This document shows, piece after piece, positions 16,369 to 26,600 of a stretch of DNA of 31,557 bases; within the stretch, counting starts at the first letter, position 1; each line of letters starts with the position of its first letter. Both the position numbers and the translations under genes were made by a program. Under the pieces are notes generated by a model. The model searched no databases and was not told the DNA's origin. It saw only the letters and a list, made by a program, of their open reading frames with translations. The DNA comes from a virus (lineage: Duplodnaviria > Caudoviricetes): positions 1-31,557 of the IMG/VR virus record IMGVR_UViG_3300038393_002326. One strand, given 5' to 3'.

Positions 16369-17265
16369 TCAGATGGCGAGTGGGGCCACCCCGGCGTTGT
16401 TCACGCTCACGGTGTAGCCGTAGGGAGTCTGCGTGTTCAGCGTGTGGCCCCGGTTCAGCCGCCAGGGCGTCGTCTCCGTCGTGGTCCCTTGCAGCGCGTC
16501 GGACGCGCCGCCGTGCCCCGCCTCGATGCCGTACGTCGACACCACGCGGTTCGGAATCATCCCGGCCGGCGCGTAGAGGTTGACGAGGTACGTGATGCGG
16601 TCCATCAGCACGGCGCCGAGGGCGTTCGCCTCGTCCATCGTGAGGATGAAGTCGAACGTCTTCGCGACGTGGTCCTCGTTCTGGATGTCGAGCGTGATGC
16701 CCTGACCCGCGATGAGCCGCCCGACCATGTACTTCATGGCGTTCGGCGTCCCCTTGATGCGGTAGACCGCGATGATGGAGCGGATGAAGTTCCGCTGCAG
16801 CTTCTCATCGAGGTCGTACGGGAACTCGAACCCGAGCATCGCGCCCAGCGCCGGCAGGTAGTCCGTCGGGCAGTGGTCCGGGTCCACGTAGTCGAGGATG
16901 TACGCGACGTGGTCCTTGACCCCCTGCAGCCCGCTGCCGAGCACCTGCACCAGCTGGTAGAGCGCGCCGCCGCCGGTCGCGTCTCGCTCGCGGGTGAGTT
17001 CTGGGATGCGGTCGTAGAGCCACTCCACCAGCGCCGGCACGTAGAGATACGTGTCGCCGTCGGCCACCGGCGTATCGCTGTCGACCACGTCGCCGCGCTC
17101 GTTGAGCACCTCCAGCAGCTGCCCGGTCCACGCGTGGAACACGACGGCGCTCGTCGCGCCCGCGACGACGGTAGCGGTCCCGATGCGCGCGGTGTACCCG
17201 ACGGGCACGCCGAGCACCGTGACGGTGCCGGTCGGCGTCCCGGTGATGGTCCGGTAGAGCGACAT
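16369..17265 (-). CDS. Baseplate wedge protein, P2 gpI-like
   Basis: DPDHCPTDYLPALGAMLG...RNFIRSIIAVYRIKGT; follows baseplate J. Confidence 0.85.
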   Translation of the reverse strand: MSLYRTITGTPTGTVTVLGVPVGYTARIGTATVVAGATSAVVFHAWTGQLLEVLNERGDVVDSDTPVADGDTYLYVPALVEWLYDRIPELTRERDATGGGALYQLVQVLGSGLQGVKDHVAYILDYVDPDHCPTDYLPALGAMLGFEFPYDLDEKLQRNFIRSIIAVYRIKGTPNAMKYMVGRLIAGQGITLDIQNEDHVAKTFDFILTMDEANALGAVLMDRITYLVNLYAPAGMIPNRVVSTYGIEAGHGGASDALQGTTTETTPWRLNRGHTLNTQTPYGYTVSVNNAGVAPLAI

Positions 17266-19022
17266 CAGCCGACGACCCCACCCGACATCGTGAGCGCGAC
17301 CGTGCCGAGTTGCGCCAGCTGGCCGTTGGTAATGGCCGTGTCTCCGCTGGGCGCCGTGAAGCTCACCGAGCGGACGCCGTCCACGCCCATCACGACCGCG
17401 TAGAGGTCCGACAGCGGGACCGCCGTCGCGAACCCCTGGTTGGTGAAGGCGAAGTAACTCTGCAGCGCCGCCGTCACCGCGCCCTGCACCGCCGACTGCA
17501 GGTAGTTGTTGTAGATGGTGACCGTGGCCGTGACGTTCACCTGCACGTACGTCGGGTTGAAGACCGCGAAGACCGTCCCGATGAGGCGACGCGCTTCGAG
17601 GTAGGCCTCGATGGCCTGCCGCAGGCTGGTCGCGGCGTCGGACGACCGGGCGCCTGTCGTGTTCGCGGTCGGGAACGTCGCGCTAGGGGCCGGCAGCGAC
17701 GTCATGACCTGCGTCGTGCCCGCCGTCTGCTGGTACAGGCGCCACGTGGCGCCGCTGTCGTTGGAAATCCAGTAGCGGTAGGCCGTCGCACCGGTGACCG
17801 GCGTGACGGTGGCGCTGATGGAGCTGGTCGCCCCCGACGCGATGGTCACCGTCTGTGTGCGGTCGATGACCGTGCGGTCGGACGGATTGTACTCGCTCGC
17901 CGTGGTCTCGCCGTTCGCGTCCACGGCGGTCGCGCGCACCTTGTACGTGCCCGCCGGCAGGGTCCCGCCCGTCGTGGAACCCGTCGCCGCAACGGTGGGC
18001 GCCGGCAGGAAGAACGTCACCCCGTTGTCCGGCGCGACGTAGCACTCGGCGTAGCCGTTGTGGTTGATGGCCTGTGCTTTCGCCACGCCGGGGAAGCCTT
18101 CGAGCAGGTCCTCGAAGTCCTGTAGCGTGACGGCGCGGCCGAGCGTGCGCAGCCGGCGCGGCGCGTTCACGCGCGCGTGGTCGACCGCCTCCCGGTCCGC
18201 CCCGCCGGACGCGACCGTCGTGTTCGACACGGTGAGCCCGGTCGGCACGGCGCTGTTGTCGCCCATCTGCACGATGGCGTTCACGACGCCGGAGCCGACG
18301 TTGCCGGCCGCGCCTAACGTCTCGACGTACCGCGCGACGACGGTCGTGTTCTGCGACGGCACGTCGCCCAGGTACGTCGAGAAGCGGACCGTGGCCGACT
18401 CGTTCACGTCGGTCGCGACGTCGTAGAGCGTCGTCGCGTACGCGGTATTGTCGGCCGAGTCCTCCGTCCAGACCTGCGCGCCGACGAGCACCGTCAGGAA
18501 GTTCTGCGCGACGTTGCTGTGCGAGAGCTTCAGTTCCTGCAGGTCCACGCCCGTGCCCACGAACGCGTCCGACCAGAACTTGCCCTGGTAGCCGTCCACG
18601 TCGACATACGTGCGGCCGGCGTAGATGTACGCGTCGTCTTTCGTGGTGAAGTACACGCCGGCCGCCGTCTTGACCTGCGTGTACTTCGGGATGAGCACCG
18701 GCGTGCCGACGACCGCCGACGGGAGCGTGAAGCGCAGCGTCGTCTTCGCCGCGACCGGACGCGAGAGCCGGTAGTCGATGAGGGCGCAGAGCCGCTGCAC
18801 GGCCTCGCGCGTCACGGCCGTCGGCAGGAACGTCTCGTCCGTGGACCTGTCGAGCATGTAGCCGAGCATGTCCCCGGCGCCCGCGATGAGATTGATGAGC
18901 ACCATCCCGAGGTCGCCCTCGTTCAGGTTCGTCCACAGGGGCGCGAGCAGCGGAATCTTCGCCACCATCTCCGTCTTGAGGGTGTCGAAGTCCTTTGAAG
19001 TCTTCTGGAGCGAGAGCGCCAT
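17265..19022 (-). CDS. Baseplate J / gp6-like wedge protein
   Basis: KDFDTLK...WTNLNEGDLGMVL...ETFLPTA; GAAGNVG; GGADRE; RAVTLQDFE. Confidence 0.92.
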   Translation of the reverse strand: MALSLQKTSKDFDTLKTEMVAKIPLLAPLWTNLNEGDLGMVLINLIAGAGDMLGYMLDRSTDETFLPTAVTREAVQRLCALIDYRLSRPVAAKTTLRFTLPSAVVGTPVLIPKYTQVKTAAGVYFTTKDDAYIYAGRTYVDVDGYQGKFWSDAFVGTGVDLQELKLSHSNVAQNFLTVLVGAQVWTEDSADNTAYATTLYDVATDVNESATVRFSTYLGDVPSQNTTVVARYVETLGAAGNVGSGVVNAIVQMGDNSAVPTGLTVSNTTVASGGADREAVDHARVNAPRRLRTLGRAVTLQDFEDLLEGFPGVAKAQAINHNGYAECYVAPDNGVTFFLPAPTVAATGSTTGGTLPAGTYKVRATAVDANGETTASEYNPSDRTVIDRTQTVTIASGATSSISATVTPVTGATAYRYWISNDSGATWRLYQQTAGTTQVMTSLPAPSATFPTANTTGARSSDAATSLRQAIEAYLEARRLIGTVFAVFNPTYVQVNVTATVTIYNNYLQSAVQGAVTAALQSYFAFTNQGFATAVPLSDLYAVVMGVDGVRSVSFTAPSGDTAITNGQLAQLGTVALTMSGGVVG

Positions 19023-19025
19023 GCG

Positions 19026-19433
19026 TTAGGCCTGCGTCGTGAACGGATAGACGAAGTTGTCGACGGTCTGACTCTGGATGAGCCGGAAGAACGTCGTCAC
19101 GTGGAGGGTGTTCGGGTCCACTTCGTCGTCACGCGTCACCTCGACCGACAGCACCTGGGCGATGCGCGGCTCCCAGCGGGCGATGGCCCGACGAATCTCG
19201 GTCTCCACCAGGGCGCGGAGCACGTCGGTGTCCTGCTCGAACAGCAGGTACTTCAGCCCGCAGCCGTACTCAGGGAGCATGAACTCCTCGCCCGGCGCCG
19301 TGTCGAAGAGCCGGTAGAGCGACGCCCGGACGCTGTCGACCGCCGTGGCGCTCGCCACGCCCCCGTGGTTCGGGTCAAACGCGAACGGGTAGGCGAACCC
19401 GGCCCCGTAGAGCATCGAGCGGTCGGCTGCCAT
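19026..19433 (-). CDS. gp25/gpW-like baseplate sheath initiator
   Basis: GFAYPF...TAPGEEFMLPEYGCGL...AIARWEPRI...NFVYPF. Confidence 0.93.
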   Translation of the reverse strand: MAADRSMLYGAGFAYPFAFDPNHGGVASATAVDSVRASLYRLFDTAPGEEFMLPEYGCGLKYLLFEQDTDVLRALVETEIRRAIARWEPRIAQVLSVEVTRDDEVDPNTLHVTTFFRLIQSQTVDNFVYPFTTQA

Positions 19434-19491
19434 TGCTTTACCTGTAGAGTACCGGTACTGGGAAGATAGCCGGGGACGCCCGGCCGGTCAA

Positions 19492-19707
19492 CTACGCGAC
19501 GGTGCCCGTTCCCGTCCCCGCGCCGGCTCCGCAGGCGGTCGTGACGGAGACCAGGGCGTTCGCCTGGATGTAACCGACGATGGCGGCGGCGAGGCGGTCG
19601 CAGAAGTGCTGGCGCTCGGTGGTGCCGTTGTTCGTCGCCTCGATGGGGAAGTCCGCGTCCAGCTGGGCCTTGATGGCGGCGGACATCCCGGCGGTGGTCA
19701 TGGGCAT
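19492..19707 (-). CDS. Small baseplate-region hypothetical protein (71 aa)
   Basis: Lies between the spike and gp25; LAAAIVGYIQANALV, Gly/Thr-rich C-terminus. Confidence 0.7.
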   Translation of the reverse strand: MPMTTAGMSAAIKAQLDADFPIEATNNGTTERQHFCDRLAAAIVGYIQANALVSVTTACGAGAGTGTGTVA

Positions 19708-19710
19708 GCG

Positions 19711-20838
19711 CTACTCACTCAGCTGCTTTTTCGTGATGTCCTGTCCCGGCACCAGCGGCGAGAGGACGATGGGCGGCGACGTCGGCGTTCCAGGCGAAGA
19801 CGACACGTGCGTGTGCGTGTTGAAGTGGCTCTGGACGAAATCCTTCGTCGCCAACTGCTGCGCGGCCCCCTCGCCGCCGACGTAGACGTGGCTCGACGCG
19901 GCGACGGAGATGGTCACCTTGCCGGCCGTCATCGTGATGACGTTGCTGTTGCCGTCGGTGACGGTGATGGTCTTCGTCTCGGGGTCGAGCTTGATGTTCT
20001 GCCCCTGCCAGTCCCACAGCTGGATGTACCGGGCGCCGGACTTCGACGCGATGCGCAGGAACTGGTTCCACGCGTCACGGAGTTCTAGCTTCTGCTGCCC
20101 CGCCGTGCTCTCCATGCGGAACTCGCCGCCGGCCATGTCCTTCAGACTGACGTACTGTCCCGCGATGACGTCCGGGTCGCTCCCGTCCGGGTCGTTGAGG
20201 CCGTCCGCGAGGATGAGCCGGTGGGACGCGTTGCCGGTGTTGCCGGCGGCATCCGTGAAGCCCGTCTGGATGTAGCTCCGCAGCTTCGTGACGCCTAACG
20301 CCGTCATCTCCAACAGGCGGCCGAAGCGCTCGAAGAGCCGAACGTAACCGCCCTTGCCGGGATGGTCGTTGAACTCCAGATGGTGGCCCGTCTGCGACAT
20401 CCACACGCGGCGGTGCGGCGTGTAGAACGTCGAGACGTGGTCGTGGAAGGCGCTGTGCTCCGCGTGGTCCGTCGGGTCCTTCGCGTCCACGTGGTCGAGG
20501 TCCGGCTCCGCGTCGGCGCCAGCGAAGTCGGTCATCTTCGGGTGGACCGCCTGGAAGGGCGCCTTCGTCGGGTTGTCCGAGTTGCCCATGCCCGCGTACC
20601 AGACGCCCACCCACACGGGCTGATTCGGGTCGCCGTCCGCGAACTCGACCCACACGCCCTGCCCCTCCTTCGGCACCTCGAAGACGCCCGGCGGCAGGCA
20701 CGGCATCGCCCACGTCGACTCGTCCATGCCTAACGGGTACGGGCACCGCACGCGGATGCGTCCGACCATCCACGGGTCGTTGTTGTCCACGCACCACCCG
20801 AGGTACTTCCCGACGAACTTGCGGCCCGTGTACGTCAC
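19711..20838 (-). CDS. Baseplate spike, gp5/gpV/VgrG-like (OB fold + beta-repeat + HxH tip)
   Basis: GKYLGWCVDNNDP..GRIRVRCP...WAMP...VPKEGQGVWVEFADGDPNQPVWVG; C-terminal NTHTHV. GTG 20838 overlaps the upstream TGA (GTGA). Confidence 0.9.
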   Translation of the reverse strand: MTYTGRKFVGKYLGWCVDNNDPWMVGRIRVRCPYPLGMDESTWAMPCLPPGVFEVPKEGQGVWVEFADGDPNQPVWVGVWYAGMGNSDNPTKAPFQAVHPKMTDFAGADAEPDLDHVDAKDPTDHAEHSAFHDHVSTFYTPHRRVWMSQTGHHLEFNDHPGKGGYVRLFERFGRLLEMTALGVTKLRSYIQTGFTDAAGNTGNASHRLILADGLNDPDGSDPDVIAGQYVSLKDMAGGEFRMESTAGQQKLELRDAWNQFLRIASKSGARYIQLWDWQGQNIKLDPETKTITVTDGNSNVITMTAGKVTISVAASSHVYVGGEGAAQQLATKDFVQSHFNTHTHVSSSPGTPTSPPIVLSPLVPGQDITKKQLSE

Positions 20839-22487
20839 TGGCTCCCCTTCGCGAGCACGCGCTGCGCCCCGGCGCTGACGCCGGCCGGCTTGTTGCTGTT
20901 CAAGGTGAGGTGCGCGTCGGCGTCCCCGACGTCGGCAGCCGCGTTGATGGTGGCCGTGTTCGCGGTGTGCGTGTCCGACGGACGCTGCGCGGTCTCGTCC
21001 TTGAACACCTTCTCCACCGTGTCCGCCGGCTTCTGCGGGAGGCCGCTGCCTAACGGGAAGCCGTCGCGCGTCAGCGACATCTCCGTGAGGTAGCCGGAGC
21101 CGTCGTAGACCTGCTTGCACTCCTCGACGTACCACGCGCCGTTCCACTTCACACCGACGTTCCAGACGGCAATCAGCTGCCCGGCCTCCAGGCGCGGGTC
21201 CCCGAGCACGACCGCCCGCGCGCGGACCGCGTCCTGCTCTTCGAGCAGGTACGACAGGCCCGCCTTGACGCGGCTCTCCGGCGACTGGTGCGCCGCCGTC
21301 TCGTCCGAGACGTAGGCCTCGACCTTGATGGTCAGCTGCTGCCCCGGCGTCAGCACCGTGTTCTCGGACGACAGCCCGTTGGCCGACACGATGGCATCCG
21401 TGGTCACGCCGTACTTGGCCGCGAGCGAGTGCACCGTCTCGCCCGCCTTCACCACGTGCGTGAGCGCGGTGTTGTCGGCCTTGTACATCTTGACTTCGAC
21501 CGGGTCGCCCACCTTCCCGGTCCCGGCGCTGTGCACCTTCGTGAGGTGCGCCTCGCGCGACCCGAGTTCGGCCGCCGCGTTGATGGCGTAGTGCTCCCCG
21601 ACAATCTTCGTGTCGGCGGCCTTCGTCTGCGGCCCGTGCTGCGCGTTGATGGGCGCGTCGAGCACCGGGTGCGCGCCCATGACGGCGTGCCGCGTGGCCG
21701 CCGTGTTCACCTCGGGCTCGAACGAGAGAAGCCGCGCGCCTAACGCCGGGGAGCGGTACGTGTAGTAGCCGGAGAACGTCGAGGGCCAGATGCGCGGCCG
21801 GAAGTACAGGACGTTGTCCTTCACGTACAGGTCGATGGGGACGACGTTCTCGCCCTTCCCTTCCGCGATGGTGCGCAGGTTGTACAGGAACTCCATCGGC
21901 GAGCCGACGGCCTGACTGAAGCGCCACCGCTTCCCCTCCCACGGGTCGGGGACCTTCGTGCCGTCCTCGCCCTCCGGGCCGAACTTGATGTCGAGGTTGA
22001 ACTTGAGGATGCTGCGCGCCTCCTCGACCATGTACTCGGCCATCTCCTTGATGCTGAACGCCTCCTTGCGCTTCAGGAGACGCGGCACGATGGGGACGGA
22101 GAGCAGGATGCTCTTGTCGTACGCCGTGATGGTCGTCTCGACGTGGCCGCCCTGCGGGAAGGACGGCTTCTGCCGGAAGAAGACGAACGTCCGGTTGCCC
22201 GACATCAGACGGCTGCCGACGTAGCCGAAGTTCACGGTGACCTCGGTCTTGAGGTCCTCGGTGAGCATGGCGTTGTCGATGAACGCATACGCCTCGTCGG
22301 GGACGGTGAGCGTCACGTACGACGCGCCGTTGATGCTCGTCGTGAACTCGAAGTGCGTCGGGTGCACCTCGAAGCTCTGCGCCTCGCTCATACCCGGCCG
22401 CGTGAACTTCACGAAGACCGTCGGCGTCTCCCCGTTGCTCGCGGTGAAGTCGAGCGCCGCCGCCTCGGCCGTCGAGAAGTCCGCCAT
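20835..22487 (-). CDS. Baseplate hub, gpD/gp27-like, with internal LysM domain
   Basis: VNFGY, PSFPQGG...ITAYD, LYFRP, GDPRLEAGQLI...GVKWNGAWYV; LysM HVVKAGETVHSLAAKYGV...IVSANGL...LTPGQQLTI. Confidence 0.85.
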   Translation of the reverse strand: MADFSTAEAAALDFTASNGETPTVFVKFTRPGMSEAQSFEVHPTHFEFTTSINGASYVTLTVPDEAYAFIDNAMLTEDLKTEVTVNFGYVGSRLMSGNRTFVFFRQKPSFPQGGHVETTITAYDKSILLSVPIVPRLLKRKEAFSIKEMAEYMVEEARSILKFNLDIKFGPEGEDGTKVPDPWEGKRWRFSQAVGSPMEFLYNLRTIAEGKGENVVPIDLYVKDNVLYFRPRIWPSTFSGYYTYRSPALGARLLSFEPEVNTAATRHAVMGAHPVLDAPINAQHGPQTKAADTKIVGEHYAINAAAELGSREAHLTKVHSAGTGKVGDPVEVKMYKADNTALTHVVKAGETVHSLAAKYGVTTDAIVSANGLSSENTVLTPGQQLTIKVEAYVSDETAAHQSPESRVKAGLSYLLEEQDAVRARAVVLGDPRLEAGQLIAVWNVGVKWNGAWYVEECKQVYDGSGYLTEMSLTRDGFPLGSGLPQKPADTVEKVFKDETAQRPSDTHTANTATINAAADVGDADAHLTLNSNKPAGVSAGAQRVLAKGSQ

Positions 22488-22783
22488 CAGCCCAGCACCT
22501 CAAGGAAGAGTCGCTGCCGGCTCGGCGCGCGCAGCGTGTCGCCCGGCGTCAGGGCGGCGAACGGGTCGAGGGCGTCGTTGAAGTCCGCGAGCACCCACCA
22601 GTACCGGGGGTCGCCGTAGAGCGCCCCCGCGATGGAGGCGAACGTGTCCCCCGGCTGGACGTCGTAGAACTGGTCGCTCGTCTTCGGGACGGTACTGTAC
22701 CGGGGCCGCAGCCCGTAATATAGCTCCGTCCCCTTCTGGATGACAGTACAGTACCGGTACCGCGAGACAGCCGGCGTGGGCAT
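22487..22783 (-). CDS. LysM/gpX-like baseplate protein
   Basis: YDVQPGDTFASIAGALYGDPRYWWVLADFN...LTPGDTLRAP. Confidence 0.88.
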   Translation of the reverse strand: MPTPAVSRYRYCTVIQKGTELYYGLRPRYSTVPKTSDQFYDVQPGDTFASIAGALYGDPRYWWVLADFNDALDPFAALTPGDTLRAPSRQRLFLEVLG

Positions 22784-22794
22784 GGGCGGGGTCC

Positions 22795-23622
22795 TTAGAA
22801 GCTGTTGCCGAGGACGCGCCGGATGTCGCCGCGCCCGCTCGCGAGGCTCACGTTGTTCGGACGACCGAGGTCGTCGCGCACCTCCGGCGCGTACGCGAGC
22901 GTGAGTTCAGCCGTCGCGAGCATCGGCAGCAGCGTGAGCGGGTCGAACATCTTCGACGCCTCAATCTTGACGTTCTTGACGACGAAACGCTCGCCGGGGA
23001 TGTACTTGCCGAAGTAGAACCAGACGAGCGGCGCCTTGCCTAACGCCGCCTTGTCCGTCTCGTTCTGCGTCCGGGTGAGCAGCGGGCGTTGCGTCAGGCT
23101 CTTGAGTCGGTCGAGGTCCTGCTTGATGTGCGACCGGTCGCGGAAGCCGTAGAAGAAGTTGAGCGTGAACGTGACTTCGCGCGCCCCGCCGTTGATGAAC
23201 TGGTAGACGGGGCCGTTCTGTCCCGGCGCCTTGATTTCCGCCCAGTCGGGCGACAGCTGCTCGGAGATGGCTTCGGGGTTCATCTGGAAGAGCAGCTTCT
23301 GCTGAACGACGTCGCGCCGCGTCCCCTTCGTGAACGAGAGCGACAGCAGCCGGCCGGCGTCGTCGCGGTTCTCCGCGACGGCGTTGTCGACAGTCACGTC
23401 GGCCGGCGACTCCCAGGCGAGGATGCCTTTCTGCAGCGAGCCGCCGGCCGCCGCGAGCTTCATCCCCGCCTGCAGCACCGCCCGGCCTAACGGGTTGTTC
23501 ACCGCCGCCGTCGCGAGTGCGCCGGCCTTCAAGCTGCCGAGCAGGGGGACGCTCGGCAGTGGGAAGGACAGCGTGTTCGCGGTGCCCAGGACGTCGATGA
23601 TTTGGTCCTTCGTGGCGTTCAC
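22795..23622 (-). CDS. Tail tube initiator (CIS tube / gpU-like)
   Basis: FQMNPEAISE...W.EIKAPGQNGPVYQFINGGAREVTFTLNF; lies directly after the tape measure gene. Confidence 0.78.
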   Translation of the reverse strand: MNATKDQIIDVLGTANTLSFPLPSVPLLGSLKAGALATAAVNNPLGRAVLQAGMKLAAAGGSLQKGILAWESPADVTVDNAVAENRDDAGRLLSLSFTKGTRRDVVQQKLLFQMNPEAISEQLSPDWAEIKAPGQNGPVYQFINGGAREVTFTLNFFYGFRDRSHIKQDLDRLKSLTQRPLLTRTQNETDKAALGKAPLVWFYFGKYIPGERFVVKNVKIEASKMFDPLTLLPMLATAELTLAYAPEVRDDLGRPNNVSLASGRGDIRRVLGNSF

Positions 23623-23634
23623 GAGTCTCCCTCG

Positions 23635-26600
23635 TTACGGCATGGCAGGGATGGGGATGATGCTGCTCCCCGACAGATTCTTGCCGCGCTCCCGGTCGGT
23701 GCGCACTTGGTTCTGCACCGCGCTGACGGCGGCCTCGCCTAACACCTTGTCCTTGAGCTTCATGGTCACGTGCATCGCGCGTCCGGCGACCGCCTTCATG
23801 TCGGAGCCGACGGCCTCCAGCGCGCCCTTCATGGAGTCGATGGACTCCTGCAGGTTCTGCTGGTGTGCCGCCGCCTTCGCCTGCGGCGCCGTCTGACCCT
23901 TCGCGAGCAGGTCGAGGAACTTCGCCTGCTCGGCCTCGAACGGGTCCTTGAGCGCCGTCTTCGGGAACTCCCAGACGCGGAACGGCGAGTACTTCATCAG
24001 CGTCTTGTTGACGTCGTAGATGGCGTCCTTGTTCTCATCCAGCTTGCCCCCGAGGTTGTCGCCGAGGTCGTGGATGTCGTCCTCGCTCGGCGGCGGGGGG
24101 TTGCCGACGCCACTCGCCGTCACGGCGTCGACTCCGATGAGCTTGTCCAATCCCGCCGCCTGCAACCGGTCGCGAATCATCGCGTTCAGGTCTGTAGACC
24201 CGAGTGCGCCGAGCATGAGCTTCCCGTTCGTGAGGGCGAGCGGGTTCTCGTACATCACGGCGCTGCGGAGATTCGCGAGGTGCCCGATGTACGCGTCGAG
24301 CAGCCGCGTGTAGTCCCCGTTCTTGCGAATGGGGTCGTTCTTGTTCTGGTACCGGTCGAGCGTCGCCTCCAGCGTCGAGAGGTCGTCGTCGGAGATACGC
24401 TGGTAGTAGTGCTTGTCCGTCTCCTGCCCGTACCGCGTGTGGCTGTCCACCAGCGTGTCTAGCACGCCCGCGCTCGCGCCCATGTTCTGCAGACCGCGCG
24501 CGACGTCCCCGAACTTCTGGCGCAGCCAGATGACGAACGGGTTGTCCCACAGCTTGTGGAACATCGACATGATGCCGTTGAGCGCCGTCATGGCCTTGTC
24601 CTTCACCCACGTCCAGGCGCCGCCCAGCTTGTCCGTGATGAAGTTGCCGATGCGGCTCACCCAGCCCCACCACGACACGAAGACGCCCTTGATGTGCGTC
24701 CAGCTGTTCAGGAAGAACGTGCGGAACGCGCCCCACTTGAAGTAGAGCACCGCCAGCACCGCGACGACCGCCATGATGGCGAGGCCGACGGGGTTCGTCG
24801 CCATCGCGACGGCCATCTCGACCATCGTGCTGAGGAACATGCGACCGAACGACACCACAGCGCCGCCCGCGATGCGCGCCGCCGAACCGATGGCCGAGAG
24901 CCCGCGTGCGATGCCGCTCCCCGCGCCGAGGAGGCCCTGCAGCGCGAGCGCGCCGATGTTCTGGAACCCGCGCCCGACGGCACCGACGAGACGCCCCGGC
25001 GCGCTGCGCACGGCGCGGAAGGCGCCCCCGGCGCGGTTCGCCACGACGGACCACACGTCCGACGCCATGCCGCTGATGCCACCGGCCGCCGCGTATGCCC
25101 GACGTCCGCGACCGAACAGACCGCCGGCCGCCCCGTGCGCCGCTTGCGCGGCGGTGAGCGGCCCCATGATGCCGCCGGAGCGGCCGAACATGAGGAAGCG
25201 GAGCCCACGCACGGACGCCACGACGCTGCGCGCCGCGTTCGCCAGCCGGAGGAACGCGCCCGTGAGCAGGTTCCACGGCGTGACGATGGGCGCGCGCGCC
25301 ATCCACAGCAGCGTGCCGCCGATGAGGCGCAGTCCGGTCAGCGTGCGCGGGATGGCGATGAGCGCCGTGAGCACGCCGACGAACTTGCCGACGGCGACGC
25401 CCCACGCGAGGAACCGGTGCGGGTTCGCGGCCGAGAGGCTCTGGAGGAACGTCTCGAGCCGCCGGCCCCAGTTCGGCGCAATCTTGCCGATGACCTTCGC
25501 GAGCTTCTCCAGCCCGTCGATGACGAAGTCGGAGATGCCCTTGAAGACGTCCCCGAAGCCGCTCATGAAGCCCTTCCCGAACTGCCCCAGGCGGTAGAGG
25601 ATGCGGAACCACTTCTCGAAGGCCGCGACGCCACCCGGCGTGCGCTGCAGCGCCTTGAACGTGTCCTCGGAAATCGACCCCTTCGCGCCGGTCATGTTGC
25701 CGAGGGCTTCCATGAGCGCGTCCTTCACCACGTTGAACTTCGCGGTGCGCTCCGCGAGGTGGAACGTGTTGCGCTCCAGCATCCGGCGGTACACCGCCAA
25801 CGCGCCGCCTAACAGCATGAACGTCGCCGTTAGGCGCGGGATGACGTTGCGCATCGTCATGTTCACGCCGAGCCACGGCCGCGTCATGTGGTTGACGAAG
25901 TCGATGGTGCCCGGCTGGAACCCGCGCGCGTAGGCGCCCGCGCGCCGCCCCATCATGACGCCGCCATACGTGAGCAGCGCGGCGCCGAGCGCCTGCACCC
26001 ACGTCGTGAGGCCGCGCGCGATGCCCTGGTGCTTCGTGAGCATCTGGCCGAGGTGGCCGATGCCCGTGGCGAGGGCGCCGATGGGGCCGGAGAGCCCGTT
26101 GATGACCGGCTTGCCTAACGACTGCCCGAGAACTTGGAACGTCCCCCGGAGGCGCGACAGCTGGTAGTCCAGCTGCTTCGAGCGGATGTAGAGCGCGTAG
26201 AGGCGGTTGGAGTAGCGGCGGCCGTACTCATCGAACCGTTCGTCCGAGAACATGTTGTCGAGGATGAACTTCCATCGACCCATGTTCTGCGTGAGCGTCG
26301 TCGCCCCGGCGAAGGCCTGTCGGCCCGTGAGCATCGTCTGGAACAGTTCCGACCCGCTCCGCGCGCCGCCCTTCGCCATCGACTTCGCGTACATCTCCTG
26401 CAGGAAGCGCTGCATCCCGTAGCCGGGGGACTGCTTCTCTAGGTCGCGCAGGTGCCCGACCGAGAGGTCCATCCCCATGCTCGCGGCGACCTTCCGCGCC
26501 TCCTTCTTCGGGTGGTTGAACCCGAGGACGATTTGCCGGAGGTACTGCGCCGCCGCCTCCGGGGGCAGGCCGCCCAGCGTCATCGACGCGTAGGTGCCGA

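Noticed and set aside
19711-22503. 930-aa ORF as a single giant spike protein
   Set aside because: The first 555 codons are an off-frame shadow of the hub gene. The real gene starts at GTG 20838.
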